A model generated the notes under the pieces. It saw only the letters and a program-made list of their open reading frames with translations, did not search any database and was not told the DNA's origin. A DNA stretch of 63,960 nt, the filler included, from Ionaspis alba (lineage: Eukaryota), in the NCBI GenBank assembly GCA_964255285.1. It is 9 parts of 9 records of this genome, joined end to end, with 100 filler letters (N's around TTAATTAATTAA, not from the genome) between each part and the next. Parts side by side here need not be neighbours in the genome. Positions count along the whole stretch, not along the records: positions 35,707 to 42,729 come from CAXUUL010000866.1; positions 42,830 to 49,830 come from CAXUUL010000867.1; 7 more parts are not named here. One strand, written 5' to 3'. Made by a program: the position numbers and the translations under genes. Shown in pieces: positions 36,007-47,719 of the stretch. Each line of letters begins with the position of its first letter. The first letter of the stretch is position 1.

Positions 36007-38923
36007 GACTTCGGTGACTTGTTAAAACAAGACTGAGCAGCGAGTGTGTTGTGAGACTGAACAGATGAAAGCTCGAAAATCGGGGACCAGGAGGGGGGTT
36101 TTATAGGCGTTAGAAATAACATTCTCCCCGACTTCGGCTTAAAGAGACAAAGGGACGGATTTCTCCATCATCCGGCGGCATATCAACTCGCCCACACCAA
36201 GATGGAATGAAAAAAGAATGGAGGAGTTTTTGGACGTATCAAACCCACAGATTTCGAACGATCGCCAATGCATAACAGGGTTATGACGCGGGGAATGGAT
36301 ACGAGGACAGTAGAATAGGTTGAGAGCCGTAAATACAGGACAGAAAGGAAACACGGAACCTGAGTTAGGGCTTGTAGACTGCTTTGGGCTTAGCATACGG
36401 ATCCATGCTGGAGATCTCTACCACTCGTAGACTCGGAAGATTCTGATAAGCTTGTTTTGTGATTAACGATGATTATCCGGTCCTGCGGGAGAGCAACGGT
36501 GCATGCATGCAATATAAGATGCATATCCCTAGTTGTGGCTCCTCCGAGTACGTATTTCAAAGCATTCTCCGAGCAGACTTGGAGGAATCTTGCTATGACT
36601 CAGGAGCCAGCTCTGAGATTCCATAGAGCTTCGGAGACGATAGAAGAATCAAGAGAATAGATTTGACAGGTGGGCTCGGTGGTCAAGCTGTGAGAATGCG
36701 GTGATGTGACTTTTCCTCCTCTATGTGGCTCACAGACAGAAAGGTATTGAAAGGTTCGGCGGGAGCTAAGCGAGCTTCAAGCGCGATTGCCTCTGCATTC
36801 GTAGTCGAGTAGCTGCATTGCATCTCAAAGGCTGGTAACCGGTATTGGAAAGTTAAACTGCTCCTGCTTGGCTAATGCTTGTTACACGCTTCGTAGCGTG
36901 GATGGCAGGATTTCTAGAAAGTATAGATGAAAGCTGCCTGGCAGAAAGCTTAACCGTATGGCGTCACGTCACGAGAAGCAAATTCAATGAAAACACGCGG
37001 CCATGCTCGGGCAGAGAGGATGGTTGGAAGGAAACGGCATGGCGAAGGCAAACGTTTCCTGGTCGATAAAGGACGTGCATTGCATAGGGACGATAGGCTG
37101 GAGGAGGAAAGGCGATCAACATGGGATGGTGATCTCTAGCACGTGCAGTGAGAGGTACGGAATACTCATCGAGACGACAAGAATAGACGGCGAGGCTTAA
37201 TACCAGCTGACGCCACCACATGGGGAAAGCTTGCGAACGACGGCTTTCTTGAATCCGAGACTTCTCTAGCAGCCATTGCGGATTGCCTTACTCCTGCATT
37301 GGTTCATTGAGAGGCTTTTGCTGGCTGCCGTGAAGTTGCGGTGTAAGCGTAGTATTGCGTAAGAAGTGCAGTACCGTGGAGGAGCGGTTCCTGTGGATGA
37401 ATGAGATCCAACCTTAGGCCCTGCTTACACCGTTTGACGTATAATGACTGGTCATGTTGAAATTACCTCAACCCCGACTGTCTTGGGACCGCTGTTGAGG
37501 CTGAACAGCACGCAGTCTGACGCGTTGCTCGTCATACCAGCGTTGTGTCTTCCACCACCCTTGCTCTTCAGAGTTGTCAGAAATAGTGCATGCAGTTTTC
37601 CAAACTTTGGGTTTTTCTCAAGCACCAGGAATGGTTTGCCGCATGTCGCGTCATGCATATGGCTGCAGGTTGGATCGATCTTTCGGGAGGAGGACATGGG
37701 GTGAAGTCGTACTGGACGCGGCAGGAGAGGCTCTGGAAAGGGGAAAGTGTTACCGTATTACAGCCGAGTACGAACGAAAGGTTGAAGTAACGGTTGCCCT
37801 CGCTTGTTTCTGCGCTAGTCATTTCGACTTCATTTCCACCCTCAACACCAAGAGCTTGGTACTGCAGTCCGAGTTATGTTCCTCTGCCGAGCACGGACAT
37901 GACTTGGACAGTCTCACATAAGTGTTTTCCAAAGCTCATCGTTACTGTTACATCCATGGCGTGGAGACGCAGAGAAAGATTTAAAAGGAGGCGCTCCCCA
38001 GGATTGACTTTCACGCTGCTGCATGCAGAACTGTATTCACTGATTTCCCGCATGCTTATAAGCCTATTGGACTCCCACCACCACTACCGGCCTCGCAGTG
38101 TTTATCCACCCTTCACGCAATCATGTTCTCCACTCTTCGATTCAAGGTTCTTGCCTTACTTCTCGTGGGTCTGAGGTAGATCACCCATTTTTCTAAATGT
38201 CCTGCATAACCCTGGCCTTGAATGCATAGCCCTCCGAGCGAAATGCGGCCTTGTTCGGGCGTACTCATGATGCAAATAACCTCTCTTATCGCGCATTGCT
38301 CCCCCGTTGCTGCACGATTGCCTGTTATTGGGAGGAATTTCGCTGTCTCCGGTCTCCAGAAATCTGGTACGGTTCCGGTGTTACCATCATCCCCGTCCCC
38401 TCTGGACCTTTTCAACACGGGGTGGATTCACGATGCATATGCGATGCGCGAATTGATCGGGAACAACCAGCACCTCATGCACCTTCCAGCTCCAGTACAA
38501 CCGAGGGAAGCTCATGCGTGTTGGCCAGCATATACATCCTTCCAAGCACAGAAGCTCGTCGGAACGTTGGTTCCAGCCCTATCAATCCTCATCTCTCACA
38601 ACCCCACTCCTTCGGACTAATCAAGCGTTCGACCTTCTCTGAAGGCACGGATTCGCCGGTCGATACCGTCGATCGAGTCCGCTTTCACCCCCAAAGTCTC
38701 GGACTTGTGAAGCTATCATTCGACATAGTATTCCATGGACCTCAATCCAGCCAGGAATGCAAATACTTCCCTAGTCGGAGTCGGCGCTCAGCTTGATTCC
38801 ATCTTCTCCGGAACATGTCATTGAAAAAACGTGTCATATTGCCCTCATAATTATTGCAAAAAGCTCAATTTCCGCAAGTCCACTATTAGCTCGTTTCAAG
38901 TCGCTGACTCATTTTTGCCCACA

Positions 38924-39264
38924 GCTTCCCTGAGCTCACACCTGCATTGCCTGAGGCCATCCGCCCAGCTACATGCACACCCACACCAACAACTTACCTA
39001 TCTACATACGCCGTCGTCAAGACCAAGACCGTGCCCCATTCCTGCTTCACACCAACCACGACGGTCACGCCACCATGCCCGGGCTTTGACACCTCGACTT
39101 GCATCGCACCGCAGTGCATTATCATTTCGACAACGACCTATCCCTGTGCTGATGGCTGCTGCCCCACGACCGAAGTGAGCACGAAGTCCGCTGCTTGTAC
39201 CACGACTTGTAGTGGTGGGTGTAGGACGTCGTTCACGACTGCCACGGCTGCATGCACAAAGTAG
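38924..39264 (+). CDS. Small Cys/Thr-rich protein, last exon (12 Cys); 5' exon unresolved
   Basis: CTGAC...CAG acceptor, then FPELTPALPEAIRPATCTP...PCADGCCPTT...CTTTCSGGCRT...ACTK*. Confidence 0.55.
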
Positions 39265-39481
39265 ATGGTCATCCGTACACGTCTTGAAACTTCATTGGAA
39301 AAATGGCTTGAGAATTGGAGCTGAGGATTTCTGAATAGGGGCTTGTCAAACTTCATTGTGGAAAGCGGTCGGAAAGTGATGGAAAATCATGGACACTCAT
39401 TTTTAAAAGTTATGAATGGAAAAAATTGCCTTAGCATTACCTCGAGCTGAAGTAATTCGTGGTCTCCTAAGCCGCCCTGCC

Positions 39482-40755
39482 TCATTCAATACTGATCGTA
39501 AGCTTCCCCACATGCTTCTGATCAAACTGTACCCGTAGTCAGCACACCATCTCAACCGGCCGAAGTAGTTCAAATTCACCAAATACTGATACGCATCCTC
39601 CAATTTCTCCATCGGAAACACCTTCTCATCCACCACCGGCTTAATCCCATTCACATCAATCGCCTTGTTCATCTCCTCAAACATCTCCCGACTCCCCACC
39701 AAGATTCCCCGAACCACACATAAATGGTTCAAGCACTCCAAAAAGCTTGGCTGCTCGATCCCCTTCACGCCGCCCAGGAATCCGATAACGCTGATTACAC
39801 CCTCGATTTTGATTGCTGCTAGCGACTGCGCCATGGTTCTTGGCCCGCCGACTTCGAGAATGTGGTCTACGCCGGCTTTATTCGGGGTTAGTTCTTTCGC
39901 GCTGGCGCCCCAGTTGCTGTCGGATTTGTAATTGATGATGTGGTCTGAGCCGATCTTTTTCAGCAGGGAGGCTTTCTCGTCTGACGAGGTGGTCGAGATG
40001 ACGCGAGCACCAGCGGCTTTGGCGAACTAGTTTCCGCTGCATCAGCACATTCTTCCCCTCACCGCAAGACCTGACATCTTCCTCTTTCCGTAAAAACTAG
40101 CAAAATCATAAAGAGAATAAAAGAGTAATAGGCCCACCTGCACAGCAAACAAGCTCACCCCACCGGTCCCCTGCGTCAACACCGTCTCTCCCGCCTTCAA
40201 CCCCTTCCCTCCCAACCCAAACAGCGCATTCCACGCCGTCAAGGCCGCGCAGGGCAACGTACTCGCCTCCTTGAAACTAAGACTCTCGGGCATAGCTACC
40301 AGTCCCTCTTCATTGTACGCCCCATATTGGCGTATCACCCCATCGATTGTTCCTCCCACACCGGTTGCCAAGATCGCAGTGTTCGCGGACCCGGCTATAT
40401 GCGCCTGGTTGAACAGGGTGGTCACTTTGTCGCCCTTTTTGAAACGAGTGACGCGCGGACCGGTGGAAACGACAATGCCGGCGCCGTCAGAGCAGGGGAC
40501 GCATGGCGTTTTCGTGGGGAAGGGGTAGGTTTTCTGGGGTGAAGATCGTTAGCGGAGTTGGACGAGAGAATTGGGGAGATGGGATACCATTGGGATGGAT
40601 AGATCACGATAGTTGAGGGAGGCGGCTTTAAAGTTCACGAGGACGTCGTGGTCGCCGAGGGGGGCGATTTGGGCGGATTCGTGGAATTTGAGACTCTTGT
40701 CGATGCCGTTGTGGGCTTCGATGGTCCATTGTTTGGTTGTTGATGGTGGTGACAT
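39482..40755 (-). CDS. Medium-chain dehydrogenase/reductase (zinc-type ADH-like / quinone oxidoreductase), three introns
   Basis: AASLNYRD, VPCSDGAG, ASTLPCAALTAWNAL, VLTQGTGGVSLFAVQ, ILEVGG, IKPVVD, and C-terminal KHVGKLTI. Confidence 0.92.
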
Positions 40756-41628
40756 GGTTATGGTGGTACAATTGGCTGTTTCTTGTGTTTGGATTGACCG
40801 TTCAAGGAGGTTTGATGCAATTATACAGTGGATGGGGGAATTGGATGTATAATAGCATTGTCGCTGTATTTGTAAGAGTGCTCATCCTAATCCTGCTGAT
40901 GCGCAGTGTGCCCCACAGTAAAGAATCTTTTGAATTGGTTGATATGACGTGATTGTGCAGATTTGATGAGTGAAGTAATAGTGAAGTCATTTCGGACGAG
41001 AGGGAAATTACCTACCACGGGAGCTATTTAGCGCGCGCGCCGAGAAATCGAGGGCTTCTCGATTATTAGCCCTACCCGCAGCCGATGAAAGAGCCGCAAA
41101 GCGTTGATTCATGGCGCCAGAGGGATGTAGATGCCAACGATGGAAGAAACAAGATCAGTGGAGTTCGTAGTCTTCAGATTCTGTTGCGAGAAGCTATAGC
41201 AGCCAGGTAGCTGATATCTTGGAAGTATATTTGGGTTCAATCATTGGAATCAGGAGAAAGTCAAAATGCAGCTCATCCTTCGACTTCTCAATTAATCCCC
41301 TGAAAAGTCATATTTGGACAGGATGTTGAACATTAAAGCGATCTTTGGAGTGCCTCAACGCCGTTCATTTCCAGTACCTGTGTACCCTGGTAGATTCTCC
41401 CCCAGGACTCCAAGATGCAAATGCAGGCCACATGAGTCTCGTATACTAGACATTATCCTAACCCCGATCTAGACATGTCCAAGCCCCAGACCCAACCACC
41501 CAACCACCCAACCTTTTTTCCATCCGTGCCATAAGTCCCATTATCCTCGCAAAGCTCTAGGCTTTGATATCGTCCTTGACGAAAGCACATTCCAAACAAG
41601 CACTAGCGAGATACAACCCAACTCTCTA

Positions 41629-42729
41629 CTAGAAGAGGGCCATGATCGCTACCATAGCACAAGCGAACGCCGGGACAGTGACGGCAGGAGCCGAGCCCTG
41701 GAAAGTTGTTGACGAAGGTGTGGCACTGACGCCAGCCTCATGAATTTCGAAATGTGATGAGCTTCCAGCGCTTTCCTCAGCGTTTGGTCCTGCGCCAGCC
41801 ACAGAGTTGGGATTGGCACCGGTGGAACTTCCTGCAGAGCTGGATGGCATGCTGACGCCCGTTCCGATAGTGGTCCCTGCGATATTGGTGCCAGTTGCCA
41901 CCCCACTGGCGGTTGGGAATGACATGCTGACGCCCGTTCCGATAATAGTTCCGACACTATTGGTGCCAGTTGCCACCGCATTGCCCGTTGGGAATGACAT
42001 GCTGACGCCGGTTCCAATAATGGTCCCTGCGCTATTGGTGCCTGTTGTCACTCCACTGCCCGTTGGGACTGATATGCCGACGCCTGTTCCGATAATGGTT
42101 CCGACACTATTGGTGCCAGTTGCCACCCCACTTCCTGTTGGGAATGACATGCTTCCACTACCCGCTCCAGCGTTGGAGGTGGCGTTCGCAAAAGGCGGGA
42201 ATGAGGAGCTTGCAAAACCTTGCCCAGGAACAGTAGCTCCTGTAGGGAAGGCAGTGTTGGCAGTAACCTCGCTCAAGCTTGTCGTGATGGTCGCTGTGGC
42301 TGTAGTTGTGTCGCTCGCTCCGGAGATAGCGCTTCCAGTTCCGAAAGCAGTCCCCGCAGTTCCTGTCGAGAAGCCCGTTCCACCTGTACCAGTGGCGAAG
42401 CCTGTTGAAGCAGTGGCGTTGTTGAATGGGAAAGGTGCATCGGTCGAGCTACCAACGCCAGGAGCTGTGTTTCCAGTTCCAACGACACTCCCGGAAGCGA
42501 CAGTCTCTGAACCTGCACTTCCGCCGCCGATCACTGAAACAGATGCAAATGCAGTCTCGGCAGCTGCTGAGGCAGTTACAGAAGCTGTGGATCCTGTCCC
42601 AGCAGCCGTGCTAAATGCTGCGTTCCCACTTCCAAAGGCTGTGCCAGAAAATGAGATTCCAGTGCCAACGGCAGTACCAGAAGCTGTTGTTCCAGTCACA
42701 AAAGCAGTACCAAAAGCTGTTGTTCCAGT
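41629..42729 (-). CDS. Ser/Thr/Gly-rich GPI-anchored cell-surface protein, 5' truncated
   Basis: GTG/TGT-rich low-complexity frame, tandem repeats, and a C-terminal GPI-type signal FQGSAPAVTVPAFACAMVAIMALF*. Confidence 0.75.
   Translation of the reverse strand, partial: TGTTAFGTAFVTGTTASGTAVGTGISFSGTAFGSGNAAFSTAAGTGSTASVTASAAAETAFASVSVIGGGSAGSETVASGSVVGTGNTAPGVGSSTDAPFPFNNATASTGFATGTGGTGFSTGTAGTAFGTGSAISGASDTTTATATITTSLSEVTANTAFPTGATVPGQGFASSSFPPFANATSNAGAGSGSMSFPTGSGVATGTNSVGTIIGTGVGISVPTGSGVTTGTNSAGTIIGTGVSMSFPTGNAVATGTNSVGTIIGTGVSMSFPTASGVATGTNIAGTTIGTGVSMPSSSAGSSTGANPNSVAGAGPNAEESAGSSSHFEIHEAGVSATPSSTTFQGSAPAVTVPAFACAMVAIMALF
41854..42153 (-). repeat. Four tandem 75-nt (25-aa) coding repeats, consensus SMSFPTGSGVATGTNSVGTIIGTGV
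   Basis: Direct inspection of DNA and translation. Confidence 0.9.
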
Positions 42730-42829
42730 NNNNNNNNNNNNNNNNNNNNNNNNNNNNNNNNNNNNNNNNNNNNTTAATTAATTAANNNNNNNNNNNNNNN
42801 NNNNNNNNNNNNNNNNNNNNNNNNNNNNN

Positions 42830-43198
42830 GGGATTGGGGTTGAGGGCGAGGGTGAGGGGATGGTTGGTGTTGCGAATGGGCATACGCAAACTGTGATGGA
42901 GACTATTGGCGAGCGTCCTGGTCCACCTGTCGAGCATCAGGTCGGGATGAATGGCGTCCATTCTGTTCCTAACGGTGATGCAGCGATCGTGAATGGTCTC
43001 CATGGTCCTGAGACTACTGCTCCGGCGCAGATGAATGGCTTCGGTCATGTGCCTGCTGAGGATATGCAGTCGCATGTTGCTGGTTCTAGCGACGCGGGTT
43101 CCAGCCTCGAGCGTCGACTTTCTGATGGTCTTGCGGCAGAAGCGGCGGCTGAGGCTGCTAGGGCTATTGCGCTGTTGGGGCAGGTTGGTACTGAGTGA
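42830..43198 (+). CDS. C-terminal fragment of an unknown protein with NGxH motifs
   Basis: Frame is open from the contig edge. Motifs ANGH, MNGVH, VNGLH, MNGFGH. Confidence 0.4.
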   Translation, partial: GIGVEGEGEGMVGVANGHTQTVMETIGERPGPPVEHQVGMNGVHSVPNGDAAIVNGLHGPETTAPAQMNGFGHVPAEDMQSHVAGSSDAGSSLERRLSDGLAAEAAAEAARAIALLGQVGTE

Positions 43199-43858
43199 GT
43201 TCAATGACTACCTCTAGAAGACACAGATTCTTGTTGTGGGTCGGAGTGAAAATTACTTCACTGTTTGTCAGAAGATCCTGTATGTGGACTTGGGAAGATG
43301 AAGGACTGTTACCAGGAGGCTGCTCACTGTTGCCTCCGGGCATGCTAAAACTGGCTGTGGAGCTTACTACTATGTCTGTATGACTTGTGTCTTGTTGCAG
43401 ATTTGATTATGTCACTGGCGGCTTTGTCTGGCATACTTTTGCGAGCGTACGGCTAGCTATCATGGCGTTCGATACCCTCTGCTGGGGCAAGACTGTAGCT
43501 GTGGTTGAAGGGCTTTGTAATTAGAAGCAGACATCGCTACGTGCAAATACAGATTTGCTATGTACAATTGCGCTCTCTTGACATGTGATGTAGAATGTTT
43601 CCGACGGAAGGATTCCACCAGCCCGCGTGTCAGTCGAGGGTCGGAAGACCTCAGTTTCCCAATCACACCGTTATCAATGGGCGCACCACCTTTGTTCCTC
43701 GTTCTCTTCACTCATCGACTACGCTCTTGACCACTTGCGAGAGAACTTGCTCCTACTCTGCCTAGCCTGGGGCTTCTTTCGCTCGATACCATCATTGTGC
43801 ACCCTCCACCAAGACCTACTGCATCCCCACAATTGCTCCACTCCTGTCAACTTCCAGA

Positions 43859-44471
43859 TCACCTATTCTTCGTCGGCTTGTACGTAAACCTCTTTCTCGT
43901 CCTATCATCCAGTCCATATCAGCAGTCGCCACTTCACGTACCAGAACCAAGCAAGTACAACTCACGCTGCGAACTCCCCAAGCTTGTGTCCGACCATGTC
44001 CTCCGTGATTTGCACGTCGATGTATTGCTTTCCGTTGTGGACTTGGAAGATGAGGCCTACGAAGCTGTAGAAGATTGTCAGTGTGAGTATCATTATTTGC
44101 ATGGACAGGGAGGGGCGTGGAGAAGGAGGAGAGCCGTACTTGGGAAGAATTGTAGCGGCTCGGGCTTGCGTTTTGATGGGAGGAGTACGCTGGCCTTGGG
44201 GTGCGCGGACGATGGGGAGACTGTGCGGAATTGGTCAATTTGCTCTCATTCTGGATCTTGCAACGTGATCCAAAGCCAGGAGGTATTTACGACGACTTGA
44301 TGAAGAGATAGGGAAGGACGGTACGCAGAGCTGGAATTGGGATCGTTGCGGATTGGGAAGCTTACGGGACAATATGTGGACCTGTAGTGATGTCAGTGAT
44401 TTTCTTTGGGATGTAAAGGGCTCAATACCTTTCCAGACGGAGCGCGCGCATAGCGCTCGAGTGGGTAGCAT
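43859..44471 (-). CDS. RSM19: Mitochondrial ribosomal protein uS19m, multi-exon
   Basis: RSVWKG|PHIV|...[52 protein letters not shown]. Confidence 0.92.
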
Positions 44472-44735
44472 TGTTAGGGATGTTGTAGTCGTTCAGGTCG
44501 ACAAGTTATTGTGAGCTTTGCGATGTGCAATCTGCACAACAGCTTTTATACATGACCTTCGAATTATGCAAAACGTGATCATGCGTTTTGCTTGGCGCGA
44601 TCAAGGCGCGTTGCCTAATCTGCGCAGCACATTATAGAAAGTACCTGGGCTTGCCGACTGCTCAGTTGCAATGCTGATGAGTTTCTTCCCTTCTCATCGT
44701 TTTCTATCTACGTCGGGAAATTTCAAACATCCATC

Positions 44736-47176
44736 ATGCCCGGCCAGGAAGGTACTGTCCATATTCCTGTCCATTACACGGCGGATACCAGCTGACCTTC
44801 CTCCCCCCACGACAGTCGTCCCCTCGCCCTCCACAATCCGCATCCTAGTCGCTACAGACAGCCACGNNNNNNNNNNNNNNNNNNNNNNNNNNNNNNNNNN
44901 NNNNNNNNNNNNNNNNNNNNNNNNNNNNNNNNNNNNNNNNNNNNNNNNNNNNNNNNNNNNNNNNNNACAGTCGTCCCCTCGCCCTCCACAATCCGCATCC
45001 TAGTCGCTACAGACAGCCACGTGGGTTACTGCGAGCGAGACCCTATCCGCACACATGACAGCTGGCGGACCTTCCATGAGGTGCTCATGCTTGCTAGAGA
45101 AAAAGATGTGGACATGGTATTGCTGGCGGGTGATTTGTTCCATGAAAATAAGCCATCCAGGCAGGCGATGTACCAGGTTATGAGGAGTTTGAGGATGTGC
45201 TGTTTAGGTGATAAGCCGTGCGAGCTGGAGTGTGTAGGAGATATGAGTGAGTGCTTCGATGGGTGAGTTCTTCGCTTGTGGAGGAGCTAGGGAGGGGCAG
45301 GAGAGGTGTGATTGGGAAATGGTGCTGATATGGATGATAGGGCATTCAATCACGTCAACTACGAGGATCCGGATATCAATGTTGCAATTCCTGTATTTAG
45401 CATACATGGTAATCATGATGACCCAGCAGGAGTACGCCATTCTATCTCCATTTTGAAGCCATGGAGGGGAAGGCTAATGCTTGCTAGCAAGGACACATGG
45501 CGGCGCTAGACCTGCTCTCGATATCTGGATTAGTCAATTACTACGGGAAGACTCCTGAATCAGACAATATATCAGTGAAGCCGGTCTTGCTGCAAAAAGG
45601 ATCGACCAAATTGGCGCTTTATGGCTTGAGCAATGTACGGGATGAGAGGCTGTTTAGAACGTTCAGGGATGGAAAGGTCAAGTTCTTCCAACCTGGGACC
45701 CAGAAAGGGGATTGGTTCAACTTGATGAGTGTTCATCAGAATCAGTGCGTTGGTAGATATGAGATCTAATTGATTGATATGCTTGGCTAATAATCACTAG
45801 TCATGCCTATACAGAGACTGGGTTTCTTCCGGAAAACTTTCTTCCAGAGTTCATCGATCTTGTCATATGGGGACATGAACATGAATGCTTGATAGAACCG
45901 CGGTACAATCCAGAAATGAACTTTCATGTTATGCAACCCGGTTCCTCGATAGCGACATCCCTAATGCCTGGTGAAGCTGTTCCGAAACAAGTGGCTATTC
46001 TCAGTGTCACGGGAAAAGACTTCAAGGTTGAGCCCATCAGACTGAAAACGGTTCGACCATTTGTGATGAAGGAGATTGTACTTTCAGAGGACAAATTTGC
46101 CAAAAAGCTTGCGAAGAAAGAGAACAATCGACCAGAATTGACGAGACACTTGATGTCAATAGTGGATGATCTGATTCAGCAAGCAAAAAGAGAATGGTTG
46201 GAAGTTCAAGAAGATTCAGATCATGAGGAAGAGCTTGAGGTTCCACTGCCATTGGTCAGACTCCGAGTTGAATTCTCCGCACCAGATGGTGGGAATTTCG
46301 ACTGCGAGAATCCACAGCGATTTTCGAACAGATTCGTAGGGAAAGTGGCCAACGTCAATGATGTGGTCCAATTTTACCGCAAGAAAGCTGGAACAACCCG
46401 GAAGGCTCCAAGCGGCGCAGTCCTGCCTGAGCAATCGATAGTGGAGCAAACGCCTATCGACTCCATCAAAGTCGAAAAGCTTGTCCGAGAGTTTCTTACC
46501 GCACAATCGCTCACCATTTTACCTCAAAACTCGTTTGGTGATGCAGTCAGCCAATTCGTCGACAAAGACGACAAACATGCCATGGAACTGTTTGTGGAGG
46601 ACAGTCTCACCAATCAAGTCAAGTATCTCTTGAGCCTCGATACGCACGACGATGATGAAGATATCAACAGTGCGATGGACAGCTACAAATCCAAACTAGA
46701 AGAGCTCTTTGCAGCGGGGCATCTGAAGAAGGCCAAGAGATACAAGGTAAAGCCGAAACCCGACAATTGGGACACAGATATGGATGGTGACTGGGAAGAT
46801 CAACCCGGAGCACTTCAACGCTCGGATGTGGAAGACGAGGCAGAGGAGGACGAGGATGCTACACCCGCGCCGCCGAAGGGGAAAGGCAAAGCGGCCGCGA
46901 AGACAACAGCCGCAACGAAGAAAGCAGCTACTGCAACCAAAAAGGCGGCGCCGGCAGCAAAGACGACTAGAGGTAGGAAGAAAGTCGTCACAGAAAGCGA
47001 GGAAGAGGAAGACGTGATCATGGTGGACGACGAGGACGAAGAAGCAGAGGAATCCCTCTTCGTCAAACCTTCGGCTCCAGCATCGCGTACAGGTCGGAAG
47101 CCCACTGCGTCAAAACCTGCCGCTGCGCCGAAGCGTGCTCCTGCGAGAGGGAAGGCGAGTACACAGAGTAAGCTCG
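44736..47176 (+). CDS. MRE11: DNA double-strand break repair nuclease Mre11, multi-exon; 3' end in N gap
   Basis: [90 protein letters not shown]. Confidence 0.96.
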
Positions 47177-47280
47177 ANNNNNNNNNNNNNNNNNNNNNNN
47201 NNNNNNNNNNNNNNNNNNNNNNNNNNNNNNNNNNNNNNNNNNNNNNNNNNNNNNNNNNNNNNNNNNNNNNNNNNNNNTGT

Positions 47281-47561
47281 GCGGAGTAGATCCCGAAGCG
47301 CCGTGCTCTAGATCTCCCAAGTCGGCAGCATCTACGCAAGCATTGTCCCGGATGAGGGGTAGCGGATTCGGCAACAAGGATTGTCCCCAAACACAAATCA
47401 ACTCCACCCCACATTTCCACTTCCCGCCAGCCTTCCTGAATACTCCCCATCCACGCCATCCAACCGACGGACTGTTCCTTTTGGAACGCGGGATTTGTGG
47501 CCCCACCTGTTGAGGTGAAGATCTTCTGAATAATGGCTGATCATATCAAGGGCTGGCGGGG
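47281..47561. promoter_or_regulatory. Cluster of CreA/Cre1-type SYGGRG sites upstream of the aldehyde dehydrogenase
   Basis: GCGGAG 47281, GTGGAG (-) 47402, GTGGGG (-) 47407 and 47501, GCGGGG 47556. Short motif, so function is inferred only. Confidence 0.35.
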
Positions 47562-47719
47562 GCGGACGAAGACGATTGCGCGCCACCTGGGAGTAGATCC
47601 TACATATTCCTCTTTTACCCCTCATCTTCAACTCTTCTTTTTGCCATACACTGCTTCTCTATAACAGTAAAACCATTGAACACATCCCGAATAGTCACAT
47701 AACATATCTCACTGTAATC

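Noticed and set aside
41807..42781. 324-aa Pro/Val-rich ORF on the plus strand
   Set aside because: Antisense shadow of the GPI-anchored Gly/Thr repeat protein.
44812..45021. Duplicated exon in MRE11 (and a similar duplication at 23566-23775)
   Set aside because: Exact 55-nt overlaps around 100-N gaps are assembly artefacts.
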